From assembly GCA_001443495.1 (NCBI GenBank), contig LDXR01000008.1, positions 61,176-125,175 on the forward strand: DNA of 64,000 bases. The letters run 5' to 3'. The notes below the pieces were generated by a model. It made no database searches. It worked only from the letters and a program-made list of their open reading frames with translations, and was not told the origin of the DNA. This document shows, piece after piece, positions 8,525 through 18,455 of this stretch. Source of the DNA: a candidate division NC10 bacterium CSP1-5. GTDB taxonomy: Bacteria > Methylomirabilota > Methylomirabilia > Methylomirabilales > CSP1-5. Both the position numbers and the translations under genes were made by a program. The stretch's first letter is position 1, and every line of letters begins with the position of its first letter.

Positions 8525-9910
8525 ATGCTGAGGGAAAGTGCATTTCTGAGACGGCTGCGCAAAGAGCTCCCGGTGTGGCTTCAGCAGGGCTGGGTCACCC
8601 CGGGGAGTGTACAGAAGATCCTCGACCATGTCGCCGCTCAGCGCGGCACCGGCGTTCGATATCTCCCCCTGGCGTTTTCGATTCTCGGGGTCCTGTTGCT
8701 GGGTGCCGGCGTCATCACCTTTTTTGCCGCTAACTGGAGCATCATGCCCAAGGTCGCCAAGCTCACCCTTCTCTTCGGCAGCATGTGGCTGGCCTATGCG
8801 GGGGCGGGCTATGCGCTGAGATACCGGGAAGCCCCGCAGCTCGGCGAGGCGCTGCTCTTGCTGGGCGTGATTCTCTTTGGGTCCAACATCATGCTGATCG
8901 GCCAGATCTACCACATTGACGCCCACTATCCGAACGGGGTTCTGCTGTGGGCCCTGGGCGGGATGGTGACGGCCTATCTCATGTACTCTCAGTCCGCCAT
9001 GGTCGCGGCGATCGCGCTCGCGACGCTCTGGACCGGCATGGAGTCCTTTGGATTCGACCGGAGTTTCCATTGGCCTTTCCTGATCCTATGGGCCTCTTGC
9101 CTTCCCGCCATCCATAAGAAGAGATGGATGCCCGCCTCACACGTGGCCATGATCGGCCTCCTACTCTGGAGCTGGTTTGCCTTTCAGCACATTACCTGGA
9201 AGTCGCAGGACTGGGGGGGCGGCGTGCCGCTGTATCTGATGCAGATTTACTTTCTAGCCTATCTGGGGATTTTTGTCTTGGGGCTGGTAATGGCGACGTA
9301 CGGCCACCTCAGCCCTTTCTCCGGTGTGGTCCAACGCTACTCGGCCTTCGCGTCCCTGGCGAGTCTTTACGCCCTGACCTTCCCGCATCTTCACCGCGGC
9401 GTCGAGTGGTCGGGGGCAGGAAGCCGTCTCCGCGTGGCCGCCCAAGGTTCCTGGGTCATGGTGACCCTGACTGCCCTGGCTGCGGTGATCGCCTTTGCCT
9501 TATGGCACCGGGTCCGGACCTCCGGGGTGGACCGGCCGATTTACCTCAAGTGGGGAGATGGCTTGCTCGGCCTGACGATCGCCCTCGTCCTGGCCAATCT
9601 CTTTCTGACCGGAACGCATGGCGGGCCCGTTGCCATTGCATTCAATCTCCTCTTCCTTGCAGGGCTCGTGTGGCTCATCTTTGCGGGAATGCACGGCAAT
9701 GACCGGGCCTTGGTCAATATGGCCTTTCTCTTTTTCGGCGTGGGGCTGCTGAGCCGCTATTTTGACACGTTCTGGACTCTACTGAATCGCTCGTACTTCT
9801 TCATGGGCGGCGGTCTCCTCTTGATCGGCGGTGGGTACCTCCTCGAGAAACAACGACGTAAGCTCACCGGCCGCATCGCCGCGGCGCAGGCTGAAGGGAG
9901 ACACCCATGA
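8525..9910 (+). CDS. DUF2157-domain polytopic membrane protein
   Basis: LGVLLLGAGVITFFAANW..MPK..K, LIGQIYH; many TM segments; coupled to a GDYXXLXY gene. Confidence 0.8.
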   Translation: MLRESAFLRRLRKELPVWLQQGWVTPGSVQKILDHVAAQRGTGVRYLPLAFSILGVLLLGAGVITFFAANWSIMPKVAKLTLLFGSMWLAYAGAGYALRYREAPQLGEALLLLGVILFGSNIMLIGQIYHIDAHYPNGVLLWALGGMVTAYLMYSQSAMVAAIALATLWTGMESFGFDRSFHWPFLILWASCLPAIHKKRWMPASHVAMIGLLLWSWFAFQHITWKSQDWGGGVPLYLMQIYFLAYLGIFVLGLVMATYGHLSPFSGVVQRYSAFASLASLYALTFPHLHRGVEWSGAGSRLRVAAQGSWVMVTLTALAAVIAFALWHRVRTSGVDRPIYLKWGDGLLGLTIALVLANLFLTGTHGGPVAIAFNLLFLAGLVWLIFAGMHGNDRALVNMAFLFFGVGLLSRYFDTFWTLLNRSYFFMGGGLLLIGGGYLLEKQRRKLTGRIAAAQAEGRHP

Positions 9911-10485
9911 GGACGACGCTCCGCCTCGCTATCCTCATTACGCTGCAAACGCTCGTCCTGGGGGCGATGATCGCCATGAAGCAGTGGACCTTGAGCACTG
10001 GCACCCCCATTGTGCTCGAGACCCAGCCGATCGATCCCCGCTCCCTCTTCCAGGGAGACTATGTGCGTCTGAATTACACAATCAGCACCCTGGGCGTGGC
10101 CGATCTTCCCGCGGACCGTCCATTCAAGAAGCACGGGCGGATCTACGTCCTCTTGCGGAGAGGAGATCCCTATTGGGAGCCGATCTCGATCCATCACGAA
10201 CGACCCGCGTCACCGCCAGACCACGTCGTCCTGAAGGGCACGGTGGTCGGCATGGGGAACAGGCGGTGGAACCCGGACTTACGGTCGTGGGAAGCGACCG
10301 AGCACTTGATGGTGCGGTACGGCATCGAGAATTACTTTGTCCCGGAGGGTGAGGGACGAGATGTGGAGCGCCCGACGCCGCATGAAAAGATTTCCATCCG
10401 TGTGGCGGTGGATCGCTTTGGCAATGCCGGCATCAAGGCCGTGTTGGTCAACGGCCGGCCGCGGTACACCGAGACCCTCTTCTGA
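9907..10485 (+). CDS. GDYXXLXY-domain membrane-anchored protein
   Basis: PIDPRSLFQGDYVRLNY and YGIENYFVPEG. Confidence 0.88.
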   Translation: MRTTLRLAILITLQTLVLGAMIAMKQWTLSTGTPIVLETQPIDPRSLFQGDYVRLNYTISTLGVADLPADRPFKKHGRIYVLLRRGDPYWEPISIHHERPASPPDHVVLKGTVVGMGNRRWNPDLRSWEATEHLMVRYGIENYFVPEGEGRDVERPTPHEKISIRVAVDRFGNAGIKAVLVNGRPRYTETLF

Positions 10486-10563
10486 TCCCCCCACCCCTTC
10501 CTTGGCAGTTTCGACGACCTCCCGCTTGGGCCGGGCGTTCCCGTGGTGTAGAATAGTGCGGTT

Positions 10564-11073
10564 ATGCGGTGGCTGGTGGACGGGTACAACGTGATCCGGT
10601 GCGACCCGGGCCTGGCGGCTCACGAGGGCGAGAGCCTCGAAGCGGGACGCGATGCGCTCTGTCGCCTTCTGGCAGACGCCGCCCGCACCTCCGGTGACCA
10701 GTTCACGATCGTGTTTGACGGGGCGCGAGGCGGCGGTGTGACCTTTGCAGGCAGGGGCGTGCGCATTCTCTTCTCGCGGGCGCCGGAGCGGGCCGATCAC
10801 GTCCTCGCCCGGCTGGCCGGTGCAGGAGTCGCCGTGGTCACCAACGACCGCGAGCTACGACAAACGATTGCACGTACTGGCGCGGTTGCCGTGTCTGCCG
10901 ATGAATTTGTGGCCCGAATCTTCGCGCCACCCGGCCCCGGCAGGAGCGAAGACGACGAAGAGGACCTCTCCCGAGGGCCGAAAAAGGGGAATCCCCACCG
11001 CCTCTCCAAGAAGGCGCGAGCGGCGACCCGCGCACTCAATCGTCTCAGGCATCGTCCCAAGCGGTCTCCGTAG
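10564..11073 (+). CDS. NYN/YacP-like PIN-domain protein
   Basis: WLVDGYNVI, IVFDG, ADHV, VVTNDREL. Confidence 0.8.
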   Translation: MRWLVDGYNVIRCDPGLAAHEGESLEAGRDALCRLLADAARTSGDQFTIVFDGARGGGVTFAGRGVRILFSRAPERADHVLARLAGAGVAVVTNDRELRQTIARTGAVAVSADEFVARIFAPPGPGRSEDDEEDLSRGPKKGNPHRLSKKARAATRALNRLRHRPKRSP

Positions 11074-11138
11074 GGACCTTGACCCCGAACACGCAGGCCG
11101 TTCGGAGGAGGCTGCTCTGGGGCAAGAGGGAGGAAGCC

Positions 11139-11633
11139 ATGTTGGTCGAGGAAAACATCAGGGTCACAGAGGAGCACCTCGAGGCCGAGGCGAACAGGGA
11201 GTTGGCCCGGCTACTCGGGACGCTTGCGGATGATTCCGTGTATGAAGAGAGCCTGTTGGAGGCGCCCGTTCGGGGCAAGGCGGCGATCGCGGGCTATTAC
11301 CGGGAGCTCTGGAAGGGATTTCCCGACTTCAGCTACATCGTCACCAATCGGGTCGCTGATGACTCTTGCGTCATCTACGAGATGACATTTCGTGGGACGC
11401 ACACCGGGACTTTTCGCGGCATCCCTCCAACCGGGAGGAGCGGCGAGATCAAGGGGGTCGTCGTCTTTCCGATGAAGAATGGTAAGGCGCTGGGGGAGCG
11501 GATATACCTTGACAGCTTCTCGCTCCTCACCCAGCTCGGCGTCCTGCCGAAGCCAGAGAGCCTTTCCGGCCGCCTCCTCTTCTCTCTCCTCCGCCTCCGC
11601 CTCTCCATCACCTCGTTCTTCCGTCGCACCTGA
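11139..11633 (+). CDS. SnoaL-like ester cyclase (NTF2 fold)
   Basis: GFPDF, FRGTHTGTFRGIPPTGR, ERIYLD..SLLTQLG; RBS GGAGG before ATG 11139. Confidence 0.8.
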   Translation: MLVEENIRVTEEHLEAEANRELARLLGTLADDSVYEESLLEAPVRGKAAIAGYYRELWKGFPDFSYIVTNRVADDSCVIYEMTFRGTHTGTFRGIPPTGRSGEIKGVVVFPMKNGKALGERIYLDSFSLLTQLGVLPKPESLSGRLLFSLLRLRLSITSFFRRT

Positions 11634-11808
11634 GGTGAGAAGGGTTCTCAGGTCCCATCCGGCGGGTTCCGCCTATGAGTTATGTCCAGCCCGCCTAGTC
11701 CTCCTGGTACGCGTCGTCCCGTGCCAGAAAGGGTTCCCATAATTGACCTCTTGCCTCGACAGGGCGGCCTAAGGATGGTTGCCTAGGCCAGTCATCCGAA
11801 AAATTTGC

Positions 11809-11856
11809 TTGACAAGATATCCGCCTTATTCTAATTTTCACCCAAGGGTGAAAATT
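11809..11856 (+). promoter_or_regulatory. Sigma70-like promoter overlapped by a perfect 11-bp inverted repeat (probable operator)
   Basis: TTGACA-17 nt-TAATTT; AATTTTCACCC-AA-GGGTGAAAATT at 11833-11856. Confidence 0.6.
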
Positions 11857-11885
11857 GTTTCAGATTGAAAATTCTGGTGAAACAA

Positions 11886-12923
11886 ATGCTACAGGATGTC
11901 GAAAAGCACCTTACCCGGTTTTTTGCTGAGATCCCTGATTTGGGGGTAACAACCCGGAGAGAACCCTCCTCCCGGCACGGATTCCGTCCCGACATCGAAG
12001 TTCGGCTCCGTCGGGGGGATCGAAGGGCCGTGCTGCTCATCGAGGTTAAACCATCTGCGGAGCTGAGGATTGTGCACGACTGGGTCGACCGTCTGGCTCA
12101 ATTGCCCGAAGCGCCCGACGCGCATTACCCCATCCTCTGTGCGCCTTACATAAGCGTTAAAGCTGCCGAAGTTCTTAAGTCGCACCGGGTCGGGTACATT
12201 GATCTTTCCGGAAACTGCTGGCTTGACCTTGGATTTCTCTTTGTCGAGCGCAGCGGTCAGCCCAATCGCTTCAAGGTTCCCAAAGAGCAGCGGAACCTAT
12301 TTGCAGCTCGGGCGTCCAGAATTGTGCGCACCATGCTGGAGCATCCGGGGAAGGACTGGACCCTTCAGGAGCTTGCCCAAACTTCCGGCGTAAGCGTCGG
12401 TCTCGTGCATCGGGTGGCCAAGGCCCTGGAGGAGCGCTTATTCGCTGAAAGGCGGTGGGGTCGGTTTACCCTGCAGGACCCCGGAGGTCTTCTTGACGCC
12501 TGGCGGAGTTTCTATGTCGAGCAACGCATTCGATGGCGGCGTTACTATTGGGCCATGGTCCAGGATGTCCGCACGGGCATGCACGAAATTGCGAGCTACG
12601 CAAGGGAACTTGAGGTCCGCTACGTGTTTACCGGGCCTGCCGCAGCATCACTGCTAGTCCCGCACCTTATGGTTTCCGCCATTCACTGTTACGTTGACGC
12701 CCTTAAGCCTGTCCTGTTGGATTCACTAAAGGCTGATCCCGTCCCGTCGGGAGGCAATCTATGGTTCAGCGTGATTCAGAGGGAGGACATCTTCCTAGGA
12801 TCCCATCAAATCGAAGATCTGTATGTCGTGAGTGATATCCAGATGTACCTCGATCTTTCCGCCCTTGGCGGCCGAGGTGAAGAGGCTGCCCAAACCTTGC
12901 GAGAACGGCGGCTACAGTTCTGA
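11886..12923 (+). CDS. AbiEi-like type IV antitoxin / transcriptional regulator (PD-(D/E)xK-like N-terminus plus wHTH)
   Basis: PDIEV..IEVK, APYIS, GYIDLSGN, HTH LQELAQTSGVSVGLVHRV, QMYLDL...GRGEEAA. Confidence 0.7.
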   Translation: MLQDVEKHLTRFFAEIPDLGVTTRREPSSRHGFRPDIEVRLRRGDRRAVLLIEVKPSAELRIVHDWVDRLAQLPEAPDAHYPILCAPYISVKAAEVLKSHRVGYIDLSGNCWLDLGFLFVERSGQPNRFKVPKEQRNLFAARASRIVRTMLEHPGKDWTLQELAQTSGVSVGLVHRVAKALEERLFAERRWGRFTLQDPGGLLDAWRSFYVEQRIRWRRYYWAMVQDVRTGMHEIASYARELEVRYVFTGPAAASLLVPHLMVSAIHCYVDALKPVLLDSLKADPVPSGGNLWFSVIQREDIFLGSHQIEDLYVVSDIQMYLDLSALGGRGEEAAQTLRERRLQF

Positions 12924-12933
12924 GAGAGCTCCG

Positions 12934-13689
12934 ATGTTTGATGCACAAGCGACTACCCGGTGCCATCAAGTCCTGTGCGAGGTCATGGCCGCTTTAGGGG
13001 AGACCGCGTCTGAGGCCTACCTGATCGGTGGCTGGGCCATTTACTATGTCTTAGATCGACCCGATCGTCCCGTCAGTCGTCTGCCGTACGCTGGAACTCT
13101 TGATGTAGATGTGGCCCTGGCGTTTCAAATCCCCAAGAGGGAGGAACTGGTTGAGCGGCTTGTCTCCAAGGGATATGTTCGCGATAAGCGGATCGTAGAC
13201 AGGCTCCTGCGGCCTTTCCCTGAAGGCGAAGTTCAGCCGGTTGCGGTAGACTTCTTGGGGGGTGACAAAGAGGTGCTCCAAACCCTTACTCAGCGTGTCG
13301 GCGTCGTGGGTAAGACCCCGGAGGGGGTGCCCTACGAAGGATCGGTGGCGGTTGCCAGAATGGAAGCGTGCCTGGCCATGAAAGCCATCGCCTTTGACCG
13401 GGACCCCAAGGATAAAGACGCCTACGACATCTACTACCTCGTCACCTATGCGCGGGATGAGCAGGGTGACTGTGCGGACCACGTGAAGGCGACTCTCGAG
13501 CACCCACTGATCCGGCGAGGGCTAGATGCCCTGACGGTCCATTTCGGGAGGCGAGAGGGTCGAGGGCTTCAAAAGGCCATGCAGATGTTGCGGGACCAGG
13601 ATGGGATGAATCCAGTTGAGGCTCGCGCCACAGTCCGAGCCTCCCTACGTGCCTTTTTCCGCAAGTTGGGTCACGACGTCAATTACTGA
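12934..13689 (+). CDS. AbiEii-like nucleotidyltransferase toxin
   Basis: LIGGWAI...GTLDVD NTase motif and K...KDKDAYDIYY; directly after the AbiEi-like gene. Confidence 0.7.
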   Translation: MFDAQATTRCHQVLCEVMAALGETASEAYLIGGWAIYYVLDRPDRPVSRLPYAGTLDVDVALAFQIPKREELVERLVSKGYVRDKRIVDRLLRPFPEGEVQPVAVDFLGGDKEVLQTLTQRVGVVGKTPEGVPYEGSVAVARMEACLAMKAIAFDRDPKDKDAYDIYYLVTYARDEQGDCADHVKATLEHPLIRRGLDALTVHFGRREGRGLQKAMQMLRDQDGMNPVEARATVRASLRAFFRKLGHDVNY

Positions 13690-13877
13690 TGGCGGCGATG
13701 GGCAAAACGAACCAGAGGGGTGGCGATCAGATCAAGAAGTGGTCCACAACGGATGTGAGCCCCTGGTGAAGCCGAAGGCTTGTTAAGATGGTTTATTTAA
13801 GTGTCCATTGGCAGTAAAATCGATAGATGACGATTATTGGTTGACGGTCGGATCGAGAAGGCATAACAGCGGAAATC

Positions 13878-16151
13878 ATGAAGATTTTCAAACAATTTTT
13901 TCGCCGTAACTTTCGGTACTTGTGGTGGGACCGCCCACCGGAGCTGGGCAACAACCGTACGGAGGTCCGCACGCCTGGGAAGGATTCCGCTGCTCAGAGT
14001 CTTCCCAGTGTGGTGTACAAGAAAGGCGAGATCATCGGCCGAGACTATCGGGTCTATGGTGTTCTTGGAATCGGTGGTTTCGGTCTGGTTTATCTCGTCT
14101 ATTCGCACACGAGCGGGACCGTCTTTGCCCTCAAGACCGTTCGGGACGATTTTCTCGACGATGCGGAAACCAGAGAGCGGTTCCGCAGGGAGGCACAAGT
14201 TTGGGTGGACCTAGGACGTCACCCGTATCTTGTTCGGGCGTATTACGTGGACGATATAAGAGGTCGGCTCTTCATTGCTATGGAATACATAGCACCGAAT
14301 GAGCAAGGGCTGAACTCTCTTGAGGGTTATCTGACGAGCAGGCCGCCTGACCTGGCCCAGAGCCTCCGATGGTCCGTTCAGTTCTGTCACGGGATGGAAT
14401 ATGCTTACACACGAGGAATCCTATGCCACCGTGACATTAAGCCAAGCAACATTCTCATCAGCAAGGATAGGATGGTCAAAATCTCCGATTTCGGTCTGGC
14501 GGGGGCTCTCGCTACGTCAAAATCAAGGCCAGGGATAACACTCAGTATTCGCGATGACCGGGTTGGGTTATCCTGCCAAACCCTGAGAGGGACCGGCTTT
14601 GGCACACCTGGGTACATGCCCGCTGAGCAGTTCAAGAGCGCCGCCGAGTGCGATGAGAGAAGCGACATCTACGCATTCGGTGTTGTCCTCTATCAGATGG
14701 CTTCAGGAGGAAAGCTTCCGTTCCTTGCTGTTCTTCCGAGAGACAATTCGGAGGCGGAGGCTGTGCGATTCTGGATAGAGATGTATAAACGACACAGCGA
14801 ATATCCTATCCCGAGGCTAAACTCGCCCTTGTTTCGCATGATCGAGCGTTGCCTGCAAAAGGACCCTAGGAGGAGATATCAAACCTTCGCAGACTTGAGC
14901 TCAGACTTGGAAATGCTTCTCATGAACTACACAGGGGAGGTTATTAGACCACCAGAGCTTAAAGCTCTTGAAGCTTGGGAGTGGAGCAACAAAGGGCTCA
15001 GCTTGTATGCTCTGGGGCAGCACAGTGAGGCAATTCAGTGTCTAGATCAAGCTCTTGCGCTTGACCCGCTTGACGCGGGAGCATGGAATGACAAAGGCCG
15101 GAGTCTTAGCGCTCTGGGACGCTTTGAGGAAGCTCTTGGATGTTACGATCGAGCGGTTGAGCTCGATCAGGGATATTCCTACCCCTGGGTTAATAAGGCA
15201 CTGGCCCTTCAAGCCCTGCGACGTTATGAGGAAGCACTGCGTTGTTACGACGACGCTCTCAAACTTGATCCGAGGGCTGCCTGGACATGGAATAACAAAG
15301 GTCTTTGTCTCCATGGACTCGGTCGTTTCAGCGAATCCCTCAGTTGCTATGATGAGGCCCTTAAGCTGGACCCTCGGAACTCTTATGCTTGGAACAATAA
15401 GGGACTAAGTTTGCAGGGTTTAGGGCGTCTTGAGGAGGCCCTCAGTTGCTTTGATCGGGCCCTTGAGCTCGATCCGGGTTATTCGGCCGCCTGGCAAAAC
15501 AAGGGCCTTTCCTTAAGACACGCTGGCCGTGTTACGGATGCCCTGTACTACTTCGATAAGGCCCTTGAGTTTGACCCCCGTGACGCAAAATTGTGGTCTA
15601 ACAAGGCATCCGCCCTTTTGGCCCTGGGCCGCTACGAGGAGGCCCTCGGATGTTGTGATATAGCTTTGGAGCTGAAGGCCGAATATGCTCATGCCTGGAA
15701 TAATAAAGGAATTTGTTTGAAAGGCTTGGGTCGCGGGGAGGAGGCCCTGCGGTGCTACGATAGGGCGCTTCAGCATGATCCGCTCCATCTAAACGCCTGG
15801 CATAACAAAGGAAATATCCTTCACGAGCTAGGCCACTTTGAGGAGGCCGTGGACTGTTATCGTCACCTACTTCAGCTCGACCCCCGGAATTCATGGACAT
15901 GGCTAAATAAGGGACGCAGCCTACACTCTCTGGGCCGTTTGCGTGAGGCGCTTCATTGTTACGATGAATCTCTTAAACTACACCCGTATGACCCATTGGC
16001 CTGGTACAACAAAGGTCTTGCGGAAGACAAGCTTGGGCAGAGGCACGACGCCGTTTATTCGTTTCAGCAGGTCGTGAAATTGGCCCCACCGGATTATCGG
16101 GATGAAATCCAGTACTCCAGGCGCCGGCTTCAGGAGTTGGAAGGGGGCTGA
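13878..16151 (+). CDS. Hanks-type Ser/Thr protein kinase with 11 C-terminal TPR repeats
   Basis: GIGGFGLVY, ALK, HRDIKPSN, DFG, GTPGYM, SDIYAFG; 34-aa WxNKG..LG..EEAL..YD.AL.LDP repeats. Confidence 0.93.
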   Translation: MKIFKQFFRRNFRYLWWDRPPELGNNRTEVRTPGKDSAAQSLPSVVYKKGEIIGRDYRVYGVLGIGGFGLVYLVYSHTSGTVFALKTVRDDFLDDAETRERFRREAQVWVDLGRHPYLVRAYYVDDIRGRLFIAMEYIAPNEQGLNSLEGYLTSRPPDLAQSLRWSVQFCHGMEYAYTRGILCHRDIKPSNILISKDRMVKISDFGLAGALATSKSRPGITLSIRDDRVGLSCQTLRGTGFGTPGYMPAEQFKSAAECDERSDIYAFGVVLYQMASGGKLPFLAVLPRDNSEAEAVRFWIEMYKRHSEYPIPRLNSPLFRMIERCLQKDPRRRYQTFADLSSDLEMLLMNYTGEVIRPPELKALEAWEWSNKGLSLYALGQHSEAIQCLDQALALDPLDAGAWNDKGRSLSALGRFEEALGCYDRAVELDQGYSYPWVNKALALQALRRYEEALRCYDDALKLDPRAAWTWNNKGLCLHGLGRFSESLSCYDEALKLDPRNSYAWNNKGLSLQGLGRLEEALSCFDRALELDPGYSAAWQNKGLSLRHAGRVTDALYYFDKALEFDPRDAKLWSNKASALLALGRYEEALGCCDIALELKAEYAHAWNNKGICLKGLGRGEEALRCYDRALQHDPLHLNAWHNKGNILHELGHFEEAVDCYRHLLQLDPRNSWTWLNKGRSLHSLGRLREALHCYDESLKLHPYDPLAWYNKGLAEDKLGQRHDAVYSFQQVVKLAPPDYRDEIQYSRRRLQELEGG

Positions 16152-16153
16152 CC

Positions 16154-16999
16154 TTGTTGTGTCACTCAGGAGGCTGGATATTTCTCTGTGACATCGCGGG
16201 AAGGGTAACTGAGAAAGATCCATCCCCCTGGATTACTGTTAGCGCGGTTGGCGTTCCATCGGATATGAAGGAGTCTGCTCGAGCAGTGTTACTAGGCTGT
16301 TTCGGGGGGAAGCCGGTTAAATGGAGATCTTCTTCGGGGGAGCACTTGAAGTCGATCCTCGAACTTGTAAGGTGCAGGCCGATGCCGTCTGTTACCATCC
16401 ATTGCCAACGTAGCGAGCCGGCATGGAGTCAATTTTGGAAGGAAGGCCGTGAGTTTCACCGCGAGTTCAGTAACCAGACTCGGCATAAGGCCAGTTTGTT
16501 CAAGCCGGGGACTGTACTGCGATATCTTTTGTTTGAAAAAGCCGTAGCTTTATTGGTCGCCGTCATCGTTCGGGAGTGTGGCGCGGGGGCCCCCATAGAC
16601 ACAGGAGGTATCGGGTCATTGTCGTTGAGTCTAGTATTTGACCGAGAAATCGAGGATCCGGAGGGCCAGGCCACACTGGAGGAAGCGTTCGGGCATTGGG
16701 AAAAGACGAGTCGTCTTCGCGATCGTCTGGGAATTGCGCCTAAGGTTCGAGTAGAATTCGCCACAGAGCAAGAGGAGCCCCTTCTCCTGCTGCCCGATTT
16801 CATTGCAGGGGCACTCCATGTGCGGTCCCTAAGCGCGAAGGGAGAGAGACTGGACTTCCCAGCACAATTGATAGGGGCGGCAAAAGACCCAGAGCTTGCC
16901 TTGTCACCTATTTTTGTTGAGTCAGAGGAGCCCTTTTGCCACAAATATCCCCTGGGGCTTGAGGATGGGCGGGTTGTTCTCCGCAATCGGCTGGGGTAA
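16154..16999 (+). CDS. Hypothetical protein, DUF3800/RNase H-like; start uncertain
   Basis: N-terminal FLCDIAG and C-terminal LLLLPDFIAG resemble the DUF3800 motifs DESG and LQLADFIAG. Confidence 0.5.
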   Translation: MLCHSGGWIFLCDIAGRVTEKDPSPWITVSAVGVPSDMKESARAVLLGCFGGKPVKWRSSSGEHLKSILELVRCRPMPSVTIHCQRSEPAWSQFWKEGREFHREFSNQTRHKASLFKPGTVLRYLLFEKAVALLVAVIVRECGAGAPIDTGGIGSLSLSLVFDREIEDPEGQATLEEAFGHWEKTSRLRDRLGIAPKVRVEFATEQEEPLLLLPDFIAGALHVRSLSAKGERLDFPAQLIGAAKDPELALSPIFVESEEPFCHKYPLGLEDGRVVLRNRLG

Positions 17000-17063
17000 C
17001 TGATCAAACAATGTCCACCAGATAGTTCCCCCGTTCAATTGAGTTAAGCTCCGCGCTGAATAA

Positions 17064-17308
17064 TTAGCGGTCCTCGAACACGATTCGGTCGATCTCCTTC
17101 TCCGTGAAGGGCCTGGGGCGCTTCAGTTGGCGGGAAATCCGGCGCTGGAGCCGAACGAACTCTTCTTCGTCCTGTCTCGCCTTGTAGACAGCACCATCTC
17201 ACGCAAAAGCTCCCCCTTGCTCTTGCCGACTTCCTTTGCCAGGGCCTCGAATTCCTTCCCCAGCCCACGAGGGACTGAAAGCCTAAGGATGCGGCTCTTG
17301 CGAGGCAT
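17064..17308 (-). pseudogene. Frameshifted CopG/ribbon-helix-helix antitoxin-like gene
   Basis: MPRKSRILRLSVP...KSKGELLREMV continues in another frame as VYKARQDEEEF...FTEKEIDRIVFEDR*; 245 nt, one base short near 17190; RBS GGAGG. Confidence 0.7.
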
Positions 17309-17368
17309 TCCAACCTCCCTTGAGATGATTGTAATGGGAGTGATCGAGGGGAGAAAGGCCAAACTTTC

Positions 17369-18364
17369 TCAGGACAACGGGGGGACGGTGTCGTCGATTT
17401 CGAAGCCGTGGGCCTCGATCATGCGGTGGGTGTCGGCGGCGGTCTGGCCCGGAGTGGTGAGGTAGCCGTTCACGAAGAGGGAGTTGGCGGGGTAGAGCGC
17501 GAAGGGCTGCATGTCCCCGAGGTTCAGTTCCCGGCCGCCGGCGACCCGGAGCTCTGTGGCTGGATTCACGAAACGGAAGAGGCAGAGGACCTTGAGGCAG
17601 CGCTCGGGCGTAAGCTGACGGCGCCCCTCCAGGGGGGTTCCCGAGATCGGATGGAGGAAGTTGACCGGAATCGATGCCACATCGAGCCCCCGAAGGCTCA
17701 GGGCCAGGTCGATGACGTCCTCGTCCGTCTCACCCATCCCGATGATCCCACCGCAGCAGGTGCTGAGGCCCGCCCGCCGAACATTATCAACCGTCCGCAC
17801 TCGGTCGTCATAGGTGTGGGTGGTGCAGATCTGGGGATAGAAGCGCCGGCTGGCGTTCAGGTTGTGATTCACGCGCTCGACCCCCGCGTCCTTGAGGCGT
17901 CGTGCCTGATCCTCCGTCATCAGTCCAAGGCAGCAGCAGATGTTGATATGCACTCGCTCCCGAATCTCCCGAACAATGGATGCCAGCGTATCAATATCCC
18001 GGTTGCTGGGCCCCCGGCCGCTCGTCACGATACAATACCGCACCGCCCGGGCCGCCTTGGCTCGATAGGCACCCTCCACGAGTTGTGCTCGGGAGAGGAG
18101 AGGATACTTGGAGATGGGCGCCTGCGAGATGGCCGACTGCGAGCAGTAGTGACAGTCTTCCGGGCAGAGGCCACTTCTCGCATTGATCAGCATATGGAGG
18201 TGCACCGTGCGTCCGCAGAAGTGTTCACGGACGCGAAGGGCCGCCTGGAGGAGGCATTGAAGGTCCTGCGCGGGGTCGCTGAGGACCCCACGCATCTCCT
18301 CCCGGCTCGGGACCTCTCCCCGGATCGATTTTTCTGCAAGTTCTTGGTAGTCCACGGCACCCAT
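17369..18364 (-). CDS. bioB: Biotin synthase
   Basis: CPEDCHYCSQS radical SAM motif, NHNLN, CCGGIIGMGET, IPVNFL, RVAGGRE, ANSLF..GYLTTPG. Confidence 0.95.
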   Translation of the reverse strand: MGAVDYQELAEKSIRGEVPSREEMRGVLSDPAQDLQCLLQAALRVREHFCGRTVHLHMLINARSGLCPEDCHYCSQSAISQAPISKYPLLSRAQLVEGAYRAKAARAVRYCIVTSGRGPSNRDIDTLASIVREIRERVHINICCCLGLMTEDQARRLKDAGVERVNHNLNASRRFYPQICTTHTYDDRVRTVDNVRRAGLSTCCGGIIGMGETDEDVIDLALSLRGLDVASIPVNFLHPISGTPLEGRRQLTPERCLKVLCLFRFVNPATELRVAGGRELNLGDMQPFALYPANSLFVNGYLTTPGQTAADTHRMIEAHGFEIDDTVPPLS

Positions 18365-18455
18365 CCATAACAGATTCCCGCATAAAAGCCAAGGGATTTT
18401 GCCGACGGGCTCTGCTCATTTCCCCTTTCCAGCCCGTATGGTACACTAAGCATCT

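Noticed and set aside
14970-16100. 102-nt periodic repeats as a DNA repeat element
   Set aside because: Fully explained by the 34-aa TPR repeats of the kinase
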